Of a stretch of 55,800 nt of DNA, positions 27,918 through 37,356 are shown in pieces. The stretch is from an uncultured archaeon (GTDB taxonomy: Archaea > Aenigmatarchaeota > Aenigmatarchaeia > GW2011-AR5). The number at the start of each line of letters is the position of its first letter. Within the stretch, counting starts at the first letter, position 1. Both the position numbers and the translations under genes were made by a program. The stretch lies in assembly GCA_964371455.1 (NCBI GenBank), contig CAYJMB010000001.1, positions 1-55,800 of the forward strand, written 5' to 3'. The notes under the pieces were generated by a model. The model was not told the DNA's origin. It searched no databases and saw only the letters and a list, made by a program, of their open reading frames with translations.

Positions 27918-28980
27918 TATCATAGTATGCAGTCACAACAATGAGGACATTATTTCCAGGTGCCTGGACAGCGTAAAAAAACAAACATTCAAGGATTTTA
28001 ATTGCATTCTGGTTGATGACAATTCTTCTGACGGCACAGCGGATATCGTCAAAAGCAAATACAGATGGGTTAAAATTATAAAGAAAGACGGGCAGACAGG
28101 ACCTACGATAAGCAGGAACACGGCAATAGAACTCACTGAAGGAGAATTCATTGCTACACTCGACAGTGATGTACAGCTGGACAGGAACTGGCTCAGAGAA
28201 CAAGTGAAACTCCTGCAATCAGATGCAAGCATTGGCATAGCAGCTTCTAAAATTCTTTATTCATGGGACACACAAAGAATAAATTCCTGCGGAGGCGGCA
28301 TGACAAAAGAGGGTTTCGGCTTTGACATCCTTTGCGGAGAAGATGTTGGCAAACAAAAAGTTTATCTCCGGCCTGTTCTGTATGGCCACAGCGCAGCGAT
28401 GCTGGTCAGGAGAAAGATGCTGCAAGAAATCGGCATTTTTGACAGCACTTACTTTTACGGCAATGAAGATACGGACATCGGGTGGAGGGCGAACATTGCC
28501 TGCTGGAAGGTGATGTTCAATCCAATGGCAATTGCGTACCATGACGAGAATGCTACAATAAAAAATATGGCATGGAGTACCACGTTTCATGGCACCAAAA
28601 ACAGGATAAGGTCCTTAATTAAAAATTACTCCAGCACAAATGTGATCAAATATTTGCCGATTCACATGCTTATGGTTTTGGGCAAGACAGCAGTCAGCAA
28701 CAACAAATCAGCACGATTAAATGCTATTGCATGGAATACTGCGCATATCTTATCAACACTAAAGGAACGGCAGCATGTCCAGAAAACAAGGAAGATAGGC
28801 GACAAGGATATTATGACACATGTATTTTCCGAGAAACTACCCATGAAAAGAAAACAGCAAAATGACACTTCATTTTTTGCACCAAAAAAGAAGTTAGTGC
28901 TGATATCAACAAAGCTTTATATCACTATCCAAAACATAGTAAAAATCTTGTTTAACTATAACCAGGTGAAAGAATGGTGA
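27904..28980 (+). CDS. GT2-family glycosyltransferase
   Basis: It has IDIIVCSHNNEDIISRCLDSVKKQTFKDFNCILVDDNSSDGT and a DSD (DxD) motif. Confidence 0.75.
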   Translation: MGKIDIIVCSHNNEDIISRCLDSVKKQTFKDFNCILVDDNSSDGTADIVKSKYRWVKIIKKDGQTGPTISRNTAIELTEGEFIATLDSDVQLDRNWLREQVKLLQSDASIGIAASKILYSWDTQRINSCGGGMTKEGFGFDILCGEDVGKQKVYLRPVLYGHSAAMLVRRKMLQEIGIFDSTYFYGNEDTDIGWRANIACWKVMFNPMAIAYHDENATIKNMAWSTTFHGTKNRIRSLIKNYSSTNVIKYLPIHMLMVLGKTAVSNNKSARLNAIAWNTAHILSTLKERQHVQKTRKIGDKDIMTHVFSEKLPMKRKQQNDTSFFAPKKKLVLISTKLYITIQNIVKILFNYNQVKEW

Positions 28981-30398
28981 AGATACTCATATGCGACTTG
29001 CCATGGAAAGGCAAGAAGTATGCAGGCAGGACAGGCATGCGCTGGGCGCATACGTCAAACAAGGAGCCTGTTGTAAGCTTCAGACCGTTTCCGTTTTATC
29101 TTGCCACGACTGCGGCCGTGCTGGAAAACGGGGGACACGAAGTAATGATTCTGGATGCGCTCGCCGAGCGCCTGGTCGACGAAACATTTTTCAAGAGGGC
29201 TGTTAACTTTCAGCCAGATTTTATTCTCGCAGAAGTTCACACACCTTCTTACAACAACGACAGATTTTATTTTGCAGAGCTGAAGAAAGCGACAGGCGCC
29301 AAGAATATTTTTGCAGGGCCGCACACGACAGCCATGCCGGAGCAGGTGCTTAAGGAAAATCCAGGAGTGGCTGATTTTGTTGTGATTTCTGAGTACGATT
29401 TTCTGGCTTTGGACATTGTTGAGGGACGCACTGGTGAAGGCATTGTCAAGCAGCACGAGGTCACAGACATAAACAACATACCATGGCCTGCTAGACATTT
29501 GTTCAAGATGAACTTATATAATGAAGTTTTTTGCAGAGAATACCCAAATATACAATTAATGGGTTCGCGTGGCTGCCCATTTATGTGTACATACTGTAAT
29601 GTATTCACAATGAACAACTTTACCCGCAAACAAAGGACAAGACATCCGAAAGATATATGGGACGAAGCTGAATTTTTAATAGCTAAATATAAACCGAAAG
29701 AGCTCTACTTTGATGACGACATAATAAATGCCACACCAAAATGGTTTGATGCATTTCTCCAAGAGAAGATTGACAGGGGTATTGATATCCCATTCACATG
29801 CATGGGCCACGTAAATATCAGCGAGCAGCTGCTAGAAAAAATGAAACAGGCGAACTGCGTCGGATGGAAACTGGGTATAGAATCTACAGATGATAATGTG
29901 CTCCGGACTCTAAGGAAAGGGACAAATCATGCTATTCAGATGAGAACACTCAGCAAATGCAAGGAACTCGGAATAAAATGCCATCTCAATTTCTGTATAG
30001 GGCTGCCTGGCGATACAGAAGACAGTGTAAGGAAAACGTTGGAATTTGCAGAAACATGGGGAGATCACTATCAGGTAAGCATTGCTGCCCCATTGCCCGG
30101 AACAGAACTTTTTGAGGATGCGCTGAAGAACACGTGGATACAGGAAATAAACTGGGACGAATTTGACGGTATGGAGGACGCCATCATACAGTACCCGCAT
30201 CTGCCTATTGAAACGCTCAAGAAACTGGCTATGAGGGGCCAAAGCAATACGTACAAGAAAATCCTGCTCACGGGAGAGTGGAAGAAATACGTAAAGATGA
30301 TTTACAATGAAAGAGGCGTGGCAGGCGTTGCCAAGCTGGTTTTCATCCGCGGCCCCGGGATAACAAAAGAGATACTGTTTTCTCGCAGCAGTGATTAG
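28974..30398 (+). CDS. B12-binding-domain radical SAM enzyme (intein-free paralogue)
   Basis: It has an N-terminal Rossmann-like cobalamin-binding-type domain. This is followed by GSRGCPFMCTYC (CX3CX2C) and a radical SAM core (ELYFDDDIIN). Confidence 0.75.
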   Translation: MVKILICDLPWKGKKYAGRTGMRWAHTSNKEPVVSFRPFPFYLATTAAVLENGGHEVMILDALAERLVDETFFKRAVNFQPDFILAEVHTPSYNNDRFYFAELKKATGAKNIFAGPHTTAMPEQVLKENPGVADFVVISEYDFLALDIVEGRTGEGIVKQHEVTDINNIPWPARHLFKMNLYNEVFCREYPNIQLMGSRGCPFMCTYCNVFTMNNFTRKQRTRHPKDIWDEAEFLIAKYKPKELYFDDDIINATPKWFDAFLQEKIDRGIDIPFTCMGHVNISEQLLEKMKQANCVGWKLGIESTDDNVLRTLRKGTNHAIQMRTLSKCKELGIKCHLNFCIGLPGDTEDSVRKTLEFAETWGDHYQVSIAAPLPGTELFEDALKNTWIQEINWDEFDGMEDAIIQYPHLPIETLKKLAMRGQSNTYKKILLTGEWKKYVKMIYNERGVAGVAKLVFIRGPGITKEILFSRSSD

Positions 30399-30446
30399 TG
30401 ACAGGAAAGGCACAAGGCTAAATTTCTTTCTGCAAGAGATATCGGT

Positions 30447-31481
30447 ATGTACTATGACATTAGAATGAGATATGCGAAGGAGGAGAAGACAAGGATCAGA
30501 CAAATAGAGGAAGATATACAGCGAGCACTAAAGGAGATCATAAATATTATTAGAGACAAATTCAGCAACTATGTACTTTCTTTCGGGCTTACAGGACCTA
30601 TGGCGCACGGTGAAGGCACTATATTTTTTCAGCAGGATCAAATAACTGGCAGCGATATAGATCTTGCGATTGTGACAAAATACCGTTCGCTTAGAAAACA
30701 GAAAGCACTGGAAAGAGAAATCAAAATAGCATTTTCTTGTTCAGGCTTGGAGGCGGGACCGCTGTTTTTTGCACCGAGCATATTTGATAGGCCTGATCTG
30801 CTCTTTGTGGAATACGCGAAAGCAGGAAAAGTTCTCTTTGGTGAGAAAGTCAGATGCAATAAAGATATAGCTGTCTGGGAAGCTGCAAAGATACTTACAT
30901 CACGATGCGGCGCATTTTTTGATTCCGTTTCATTCAATAGCGGAATAAAGTTCTCTCAGAAATTTCCTTATGCATGGTCAAAATCTGTCATGGCTGCTGC
31001 AGAGGCTATGCTCGTGCTGGAAAACAGATATGCATTCTCCATTCAGGCACGCACGATGAAGATAAAGAATTCCAAATATGCGAAACTCATGCCTGGATTT
31101 CTAAATCTCTATCAAAAGGCATATACATGCAGGTATTCTGGAAGGATGCCGCAACAAAAAGGTCTTATTGAGAAAACAGCAAATTTTATCTCTTTCGCGT
31201 TTGAAGAGACAGCCAAGAAGCTGGCTGAGAAGAGCGGGAGAGATATTGCAAATCTCAGTGCGCCGTTTCCCAGCATAATTTCCACACGCTTTTTCTATTT
31301 CATAAATATGCTTAAGAATGAGCATCTAAGCATCCCGCTCTCCGAACCTTTGGTTAAAGAATTCGCAGAAATGGGAAAAATGTTTGGACAGCTCAGATCC
31401 AGTGAGATTCCAGAAGAAAAAACAAGGCAGCGCGTTGTACGATTATGGAAACATGCAGAGAGATTCTGGTTGCCTTATTAA
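30447..31481 (+). CDS. Pol-beta-superfamily nucleotidyltransferase-fold protein with helical C-terminal domain
   Basis: GLTGPMAHGEGT...GSDIDLAIV fits the hG[GS]-x(n)-D-x-D minimal NTase signature. The rest is alpha-helical and has no motif I recognise. Confidence 0.4.
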   Translation: MYYDIRMRYAKEEKTRIRQIEEDIQRALKEIINIIRDKFSNYVLSFGLTGPMAHGEGTIFFQQDQITGSDIDLAIVTKYRSLRKQKALEREIKIAFSCSGLEAGPLFFAPSIFDRPDLLFVEYAKAGKVLFGEKVRCNKDIAVWEAAKILTSRCGAFFDSVSFNSGIKFSQKFPYAWSKSVMAAAEAMLVLENRYAFSIQARTMKIKNSKYAKLMPGFLNLYQKAYTCRYSGRMPQQKGLIEKTANFISFAFEETAKKLAEKSGRDIANLSAPFPSIISTRFFYFINMLKNEHLSIPLSEPLVKEFAEMGKMFGQLRSSEIPEEKTRQRVVRLWKHAERFWLPY

Positions 31482-31502
31482 TTGTCACCATGTACACATA
31501 CC

Positions 31503-32654
31503 TTACGCCACTGTTGCCATTTTTATAAACTTGAATAATTCCACTACCTTGATCTCTTTCTTACGCACAGGCAAGTTAGTCACAAAAATTCCTTTAGAAT
31601 CCGGGAACATCGGATCAAAACCATGCCATCCCTTCAGGCCGCCTTTTATCGGCGCAAAGTAATCCGGGAAGATGCGCGTTTCAGGGTCTGCGAGAAATAT
31701 CAGATCGCCATAACGCTTTTTATTTTTGAAGTCTATTCTGTACTTTTTGAGCAATTTGCTGTCAAGAAATGTTATTCCTTTTACACTTGCCAGTTTTGAT
31801 ATGATGCGCTGTTTTATTTCTTCTGTTGATGGCCAGAACCTTGCCATTGTAGAGTCATAGAATGCAATGTAATCTCTGCCGTTTTTTAGCCCTGCTGCTG
31901 ATAAAATTTTTTGGATGTTAATAAAATTCTTCACTTCGCACATGCCATGGTCAGAAAACAGCAGGAAATTTACTTTGGTGCCCATCTGCTTTGCATTTTC
32001 AAGAAGTTCCTTTATTTTCTTATCGGCCTTCATGAGATAGTCCACTACCTGCCTTGAAAAGGGACCATGGATATGGCCGAGCTCATCAGAGCGATATAAG
32101 TAGAAGAAATCTACCTCGCTGTCTGTAAGAGACATGTCTTCTAGCCTGTTGTACTCGCCAAAATAGTCTGCGGAATCCGATTGCTTTGAGTAGGTGATGC
32201 CTTTTCTGTCCAGCATTTCAAATATTGTGCCTGTGGTCTCCAAAGGATTATTGGAGAAGTAAGGCGCCATTTCAATTGGAATTGCAGGAGGCAGGGGCAC
32301 AACTTTATTTTTGATGAATTTTGGTAGAAGTTTCCTGCAACTAGGAAGCAGGAAATACGGGGCTTTCATTGCAGCTAAAACATTTTTTCTGATGAAATGC
32401 GTCGGCAAAAATTTCAATGACCATGTCCATTTAAACGGTGAGTGCTCAGGATCATAATAAAATGTTGTGAACATACCATGCTCGTCCTGATACTTGCCGC
32501 TCCAGATGCTGGGGTGGATGCCTATGCTGTAGCCCAGCATAGAAACAACAGCAGCATAAGAATGCTTTTTGGCAAAGGCAGTTGTAAAAGGCATGCTTAC
32601 TTTCATCTGTTTTGGGTTCACGCCATCGATCAAAATCACTATTGTTTTTGCCAT
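31503..32654 (-). CDS. Alkaline-phosphatase-superfamily enzyme (type I phosphodiesterase/nucleotide pyrophosphatase-like)
   Basis: It has an N-terminal IVILIDGVNP metal/nucleophile region and an LLFSDHGM motif. Confidence 0.6.
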   Translation of the reverse strand: MAKTIVILIDGVNPKQMKVSMPFTTAFAKKHSYAAVVSMLGYSIGIHPSIWSGKYQDEHGMFTTFYYDPEHSPFKWTWSLKFLPTHFIRKNVLAAMKAPYFLLPSCRKLLPKFIKNKVVPLPPAIPIEMAPYFSNNPLETTGTIFEMLDRKGITYSKQSDSADYFGEYNRLEDMSLTDSEVDFFYLYRSDELGHIHGPFSRQVVDYLMKADKKIKELLENAKQMGTKVNFLLFSDHGMCEVKNFINIQKILSAAGLKNGRDYIAFYDSTMARFWPSTEEIKQRIISKLASVKGITFLDSKLLKKYRIDFKNKKRYGDLIFLADPETRIFPDYFAPIKGGLKGWHGFDPMFPDSKGIFVTNLPVRKKEIKVVELFKFIKMATVA

Positions 32655-32688
32655 GCTAATATGCTAAATGATAATTTTTAATAGCAAT

Positions 32689-33327
32689 TTAGCTGCGACG
32701 AGAAGTTTTCCTTACCACTGTCAGCAAGAACGGCATACCTGCGACACTGATCTTGCGCGTAACGTGTGCATAAGGGAGCTTTCTTAGATACCCTTCTATG
32801 CGCGTTCCCGTATAGCCTACCTTTTCAAATATGACAAGGCTGCCATTGCTCTGCAACATTGTATCTATATTTTTTGCTACCTGACCGACATACTTTTCCG
32901 GAATATAGGGCAGTATACCAATGCATAAGATGAGGTCATATTTCCCGCTGCAGTAACTGATGATATCTTGCTGGAGGAACCTGACTTTTCTGTTGTTATG
33001 TCTGGCTACTTTCAGCGCTGTTGCAGAAATATCAACTGCTGTTACAGTTGGCACGGTATCTGCAAGCTTCCCCGCTATAAAACCATAGCCACAACCTAAG
33101 TCCAGTGCAGACCTGTATCGCCTACGAGGGATGTATGTGACAACATCTTCTGCAATTCTTTTGTGGTATTTAAGGGAACCGAAGCCCTTTCTCTTTTTGT
33201 ATGTATGCTCAAATCTCTGTCTCCTCAGGAAGGAAAATCTGTTCAGGCCGTATCTATACAACCTGCTCGCAAACCTGTAGAGCCTACACATACAAACAAC
33301 TCTGTGCAGAAACAATAAGAACTTCAT
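32689..33327 (-). CDS. Class I SAM-dependent methyltransferase
   Basis: It has the motif I sequence ALDLGCGYGFIAG. Its start overlaps the stop of the upstream DUF4346 gene. Confidence 0.7.
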   Translation of the reverse strand: MKFLLFLHRVVCMCRLYRFASRLYRYGLNRFSFLRRQRFEHTYKKRKGFGSLKYHKRIAEDVVTYIPRRRYRSALDLGCGYGFIAGKLADTVPTVTAVDISATALKVARHNNRKVRFLQQDIISYCSGKYDLILCIGILPYIPEKYVGQVAKNIDTMLQSNGSLVIFEKVGYTGTRIEGYLRKLPYAHVTRKISVAGMPFLLTVVRKTSRRS

Positions 33328-33737
33328 TTAGGGACTTTCTTTTGCAGCCACAACACTTCAGGAAATTCTCCAGATACCGAACCGTCCTGTACGTATTTTA
33401 CGCCCAGCTTCATGCAGATCCAGGCGCGTGCCAGTTCCTTGCCAAGATAGGCTGCGTGATCCATGCGCGAGACGATGCCCTCATCAATTATCCGCTGATA
33501 AATATGATGAGGAAGTCTGCCTTTCACCAGTATTTTTATGCTGTTGACATCGTCGTATTCACAAATACCTACTTCTATTTCTTGCGTTTCTTCATTAATA
33601 CGAATTAGAAAATAGCCGACAGGATCTGCTATCCATTCGTACGTCTTGTCGTCCGCATTGATTACTTTTGCGTTGTTCCATTGAATTGCATTCCAAATAT
33701 ATTTCTTTACATCTTCTGCCATTTTAATCATCTTCAA
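33324..33737 (-). CDS. Stand-alone DUF4346-like protein
   Basis: DPVGYFLIRINEETQEIEV...HAAYLGKELARAW...KYVQDG matches my recollection of the DUF4346 signature (DPxGYF...HAAYLGRELxxAE...YxQD). This domain is normally found at the C-terminus of pterin-binding/MtrA-like proteins. Confidence 0.5.
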   Translation of the reverse strand: MKMIKMAEDVKKYIWNAIQWNNAKVINADDKTYEWIADPVGYFLIRINEETQEIEVGICEYDDVNSIKILVKGRLPHHIYQRIIDEGIVSRMDHAAYLGKELARAWICMKLGVKYVQDGSVSGEFPEVLWLQKKVPK

Positions 33738-33740
33738 AAC

Positions 33741-35915
33741 TCAATAGTATGTCATCCCTTCTTTTATGGCCTCGCGCCCCTTTTTACAGAACTCTAAAAT
33801 CTCTTCAGCAGTAAGATTATTATGTTTGATAAGAATCTGGTTTGCGCCACCTTTGCCGACCTGGTAGTAATTTTCCCAGTTGCTGTCTTGCGGCTTTATG
33901 ATTTCTATGCCAAAATTCTGCGGATTTTCCCAGAGCGGAGTTGCTGGAAAAGGCGTGAGTGGATAGAAATCGCAATATTCTATTTTTAAAGACTTTGCAA
34001 ATTCGATTGTCTGCTGTATGGTTTCCCTTGTTTCGCCGGGCAGGCCTATAATAAAGAAGCCTTTTACCTTAATGCCCAGGTCATGGCACCAGTTCACTGT
34101 TTGTCGTGTTCTTTCCAGACTGGCGCCTTTGCGGATATTCCTGAGAATCTGTTCATTGCCGGACTCAAAACCGAAGCTCAAGACGTCGCAACCTGCTGAT
34201 TTCATTGCTTTGAGCAGCTCATAATCTACGAGGTCCACGCGCGTAGTGGCGCGCCACTTGACCGGCGGTAGGCGTTCTTTTATTAATCTACAGATTTCAT
34301 AGACACGCTGCTTGTTGAATGTGAATATATCATCAACAAAATAAAATGCATGTATGTTGTACTTGTTCACCAAGAGCTCAAGCTCGTTTACGACATTTTC
34401 AGGACTTCTCGGCCGCCACTTCTTTATTTTGGCAGAGCCGCAGTTATGAACTAGCACATAATTAGCAAAAAAATTGTTGTGCGGTTTACAATTCAGGTTG
34501 TAAACGACCGTTTTTCCATAAAAATTTTTTATCTTTTTAACTTTCATGCCATTTGTAATGAAACTGCCTACCTTGTTTATAATGTGATCTGCTCCTTTTT
34601 GCAAGTCATGGCCCCAAACAACTAAAGTTTCATAGCCATTGTCCAAATAATATTTTAGTTTTTTCTCATCTTTTTCTGTCTGTCCGCTAAAGCCACAATC
34701 CTTGCATTTATGCCAATAACAACCAAAAAATTCTATTATCTTTTTCTTTTCTACGTGTACCCAGTCGGGAAAGAAAGTCCCTACAGGTCTTTCAAAAAAT
34801 GAAGTATATAAAAATTGATTCGGGAACTTTTCCTGAATAATTTCATTCAAGCGTAATTCTTCTTTATTCTCTATGCGCGCCCTTACTTTATGAAATCTCT
34901 CCCTCTGATTTTCTGGAGGATTCGCCATAGGATTATTTGTCAGTGCAATAACTCTCTGCCTTTCGCTAACCATCCGGCGACCTGCCTCTGTTTCTAGATA
35001 ATAAACAATTTCTTCACGTCCCCTCGTTTCCTCTTCTGTGGGAATATGAACTGGCATTTTTTTATTGAAAGAAATTTTATCTTTCGGGGTGATATGATGC
35101 AAGATATTGCCTGGTTTTATTTTGCCTGCTGCAACCCATTCTCCAGCGATGTAAAATGGATGTTCTGGAGTCGTTTTAATTAATGTGCCATCTTCCAGAG
35201 TTATTTCCAACATTTCATTGACACTTCTTTTAAATACTTCCTTCACTTCCGTTTCAACCAATAGGCCACCATCAAATGCAATCATTTTGTCTCCTATTTG
35301 GATATCTTTTATTTTTTTGTTGGGCGAGTTTGATGTGATAACCGTCGTGTTGCCATCCAGACAAAACACGCATCCATAAACACAGCCACGACTGGATGAG
35401 ATTGTAATCGCTTTCTCACCGCCAATAAGCATGGAGTACCTTTCAAGCTTGATGCCCTCGTAATCAGGGAGTGGCAATGTGTCCAGATTTTCTATCGGCG
35501 ACGACACTATTATTTTGATGTTCGGCCTTTCTTCTATAATTTTTTTAAGTCCGTTTTCCCCATCACCAACTACAACATAGTCAAATGCTTCAAGGGTTGG
35601 TTTTTCATTTGGGATGTCTGTGACGTGATTTCCGCCAGCAACAAGAAGACCCTGGAAGCCGGCAGCACGAATCTCTTTTGCCATGGTTATGCAGTTTTTA
35701 TAATTTGGCGTTGAAACAGAAATGCAGACAATATCAGGCTTTTCACATTTTATTGCTTCCATCAACTGTTCTTTGGTTTCGTGATTCATGTCAAATAGCT
35801 CTGTTTCATGGTCTATGCTTTTGAGATAAGAAGACAGGTAAGCAATTCCTAAAGGAGGGCGGTCTCCAGGATTCTCAAGAAACCAATCATGCGGGCTGAT
35901 AAGAAACGCTAACAT
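33741..35915 (-). CDS. B12-binding-domain radical SAM enzyme interrupted by an intein
   Basis: The N-extein is a B12-type domain ending ...SSRGCVYGCVF. The C-extein reads CGSAKIKKWRPRSPENVV...FYFVDDIF..., a standard radical SAM core. The 307 aa insertion carries intein blocks. Confidence 0.8.
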   Translation of the reverse strand: MLAFLISPHDWFLENPGDRPPLGIAYLSSYLKSIDHETELFDMNHETKEQLMEAIKCEKPDIVCISVSTPNYKNCITMAKEIRAAGFQGLLVAGGNHVTDIPNEKPTLEAFDYVVVGDGENGLKKIIEERPNIKIIVSSPIENLDTLPLPDYEGIKLERYSMLIGGEKAITISSSRGCVYGCVFCLDGNTTVITSNSPNKKIKDIQIGDKMIAFDGGLLVETEVKEVFKRSVNEMLEITLEDGTLIKTTPEHPFYIAGEWVAAGKIKPGNILHHITPKDKISFNKKMPVHIPTEEETRGREEIVYYLETEAGRRMVSERQRVIALTNNPMANPPENQRERFHKVRARIENKEELRLNEIIQEKFPNQFLYTSFFERPVGTFFPDWVHVEKKKIIEFFGCYWHKCKDCGFSGQTEKDEKKLKYYLDNGYETLVVWGHDLQKGADHIINKVGSFITNGMKVKKIKNFYGKTVVYNLNCKPHNNFFANYVLVHNCGSAKIKKWRPRSPENVVNELELLVNKYNIHAFYFVDDIFTFNKQRVYEICRLIKERLPPVKWRATTRVDLVDYELLKAMKSAGCDVLSFGFESGNEQILRNIRKGASLERTRQTVNWCHDLGIKVKGFFIIGLPGETRETIQQTIEFAKSLKIEYCDFYPLTPFPATPLWENPQNFGIEIIKPQDSNWENYYQVGKGGANQILIKHNNLTAEEILEFCKKGREAIKEGMTYY
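34443..35363 (-). mobile_element. Class-1 intein (307 aa) with Vsr-like PD-(D/E)xK nuclease domain
   Basis: Block A is CLDGNTTVIT, block B is TTPEHPFYI, and blocks F/G are VVYNLNCKPHNNFFANYVLVHN, followed by a +1 Cys. Boundaries were verified at the nucleotide level (tgt at 35363-35361; aac|tgc at 34445-34440). The internal PDWVHVEKKKIIEFFGCYWHKCKDC...LDNGYETLVVWGHDL resembles the Vsr core. Confidence 0.8.
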
Positions 35916-35936
35916 TATTCCAACACCTCTGATTCA

Positions 35937-36632
35937 TCACTTTCTTGCTTTTATTATAAATATCATGGCAAATCTGTCAGGCACTGTATTGGCGAGCCGT
36001 ATTTTCAAACCAAAAGGAAGAAGGTGCAAGCCATACGCTACTGTATGTATACAGAATTTTTTAATGCTTTTAAGCTTAATCATGTCTTTGATTGTTTCTT
36101 TTTCAAGGAAGCCTGGCGTATATTCAATTTCTTTTACTTTCAGGCCTGCATCTTTTAAAGCCTGCAGTGCATCGGTAAGATACCATCTTTTTTTATGATG
36201 GACACCGTCTGCCGGCAGGTTTGGAACACCGAGTACCAGCATGCCACCTGGCTTGAGGCATTTTCTTATCTGCCTGAGCATGCTCACAGGTTTTTCTATA
36301 TGCTCAATTGTCTCAAAACAGATAACAATATCAAATGAGTTTTCACGCACAGGATACCTGCCCTGCACATCTGACTGGATTGTTTTGAAGCCGCGTCGGC
36401 GTGCTTCTGTTAAACCAGATTTTGATATGTCCAACACAGTTGCTTTTTTCACACCCAGCCATTCAAGAAACTGCCCATTGCCACCGCCAACATCAAGAAC
36501 CTTAAGATCATCAGAAGGCTTGATAAAACCCTTGATGTGGCTATAGCGCAAGTCGTAGTAATCCATACCGCGCTGTATGTGTTCCTCTTCCCAATAATGT
36601 TCATAATATTTTTCGTAATCAAAGTGTTTCAT
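35937..36632 (-). CDS. Class I SAM-dependent methyltransferase
   Basis: It has the motif I sequence VLDVGGGNGQFL and DIVICFETIEHI. Confidence 0.75.
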   Translation of the reverse strand: MKHFDYEKYYEHYWEEEHIQRGMDYYDLRYSHIKGFIKPSDDLKVLDVGGGNGQFLEWLGVKKATVLDISKSGLTEARRRGFKTIQSDVQGRYPVRENSFDIVICFETIEHIEKPVSMLRQIRKCLKPGGMLVLGVPNLPADGVHHKKRWYLTDALQALKDAGLKVKEIEYTPGFLEKETIKDMIKLKSIKKFCIHTVAYGLHLLPFGLKIRLANTVPDRFAMIFIIKARK

Positions 36633-37356
36633 TCTTCAGCACCACAAAGGCTTCCCTGAGTGTCATGAACTCTACTTTTAGTTTCGCTAAATTTTCTATC
36701 AAATCTTTAAATTTCGCAAAATTTTTGTACTGATGATAGGCATGCAAACCGAGAACAAATATGCCATTTTTGGATGCCACGCTCTTGATGATGTAGTTTT
36801 TTATGACAGAATAATCGTCTTCGTTCACGTCCATCTGCCACTGTCTGGGCAGGCGCAGCCAAGGTATCTCGTAAAGTGCGCCAAAATGCATGAGCTTTTT
36901 TACTGGATAAAATGTGCCTATAGAAGAGTCCAAGACAAAACCCGCATTTTTTACATTTTCTATTGATTGTTTATCCTTTGATGTCCATGGAAAACGCCAT
37001 GACTTGACGTTACCATCGTACATGCTAAGTTCTTTGTAGCACTGCAATGCACTCTGATAATTTTTCTCCCTTTCTTCTCTGGAGTGAGAGATGCTATGAC
37101 CCCCTATTTCATGCGCCATTCCCACCAGCTGCTTAATAATTTCTGGCTCTGTCTGGTTGATGGTAAGAAAGAAGGTTGCCGGAATATTCTTGGATTTCAG
37201 ATATTCTGCCAATTCAATGCTTTTGCTGTCCACGTAGTCATCAAATGTCAACACAACGATTTTTCTTTTGGTCTGTCTGGAGAATTTGTAGGCCGGGTAT
37301 CCTGACAGCCTCTTGAAAAAGAAATATGCCCTGATGAACACAGGACTCACCACCAT
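36619..37356 (-). CDS. Polysaccharide deacetylase (NodB/CE4-like)
   Basis: It has VVLTFDDYVDS (TFDD motif) and GGHSISH (His motif). Confidence 0.7.
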   Translation of the reverse strand: MVVSPVFIRAYFFFKRLSGYPAYKFSRQTKRKIVVLTFDDYVDSKSIELAEYLKSKNIPATFFLTINQTEPEIIKQLVGMAHEIGGHSISHSREEREKNYQSALQCYKELSMYDGNVKSWRFPWTSKDKQSIENVKNAGFVLDSSIGTFYPVKKLMHFGALYEIPWLRLPRQWQMDVNEDDYSVIKNYIIKSVASKNGIFVLGLHAYHQYKNFAKFKDLIENLAKLKVEFMTLREAFVVLKNETL

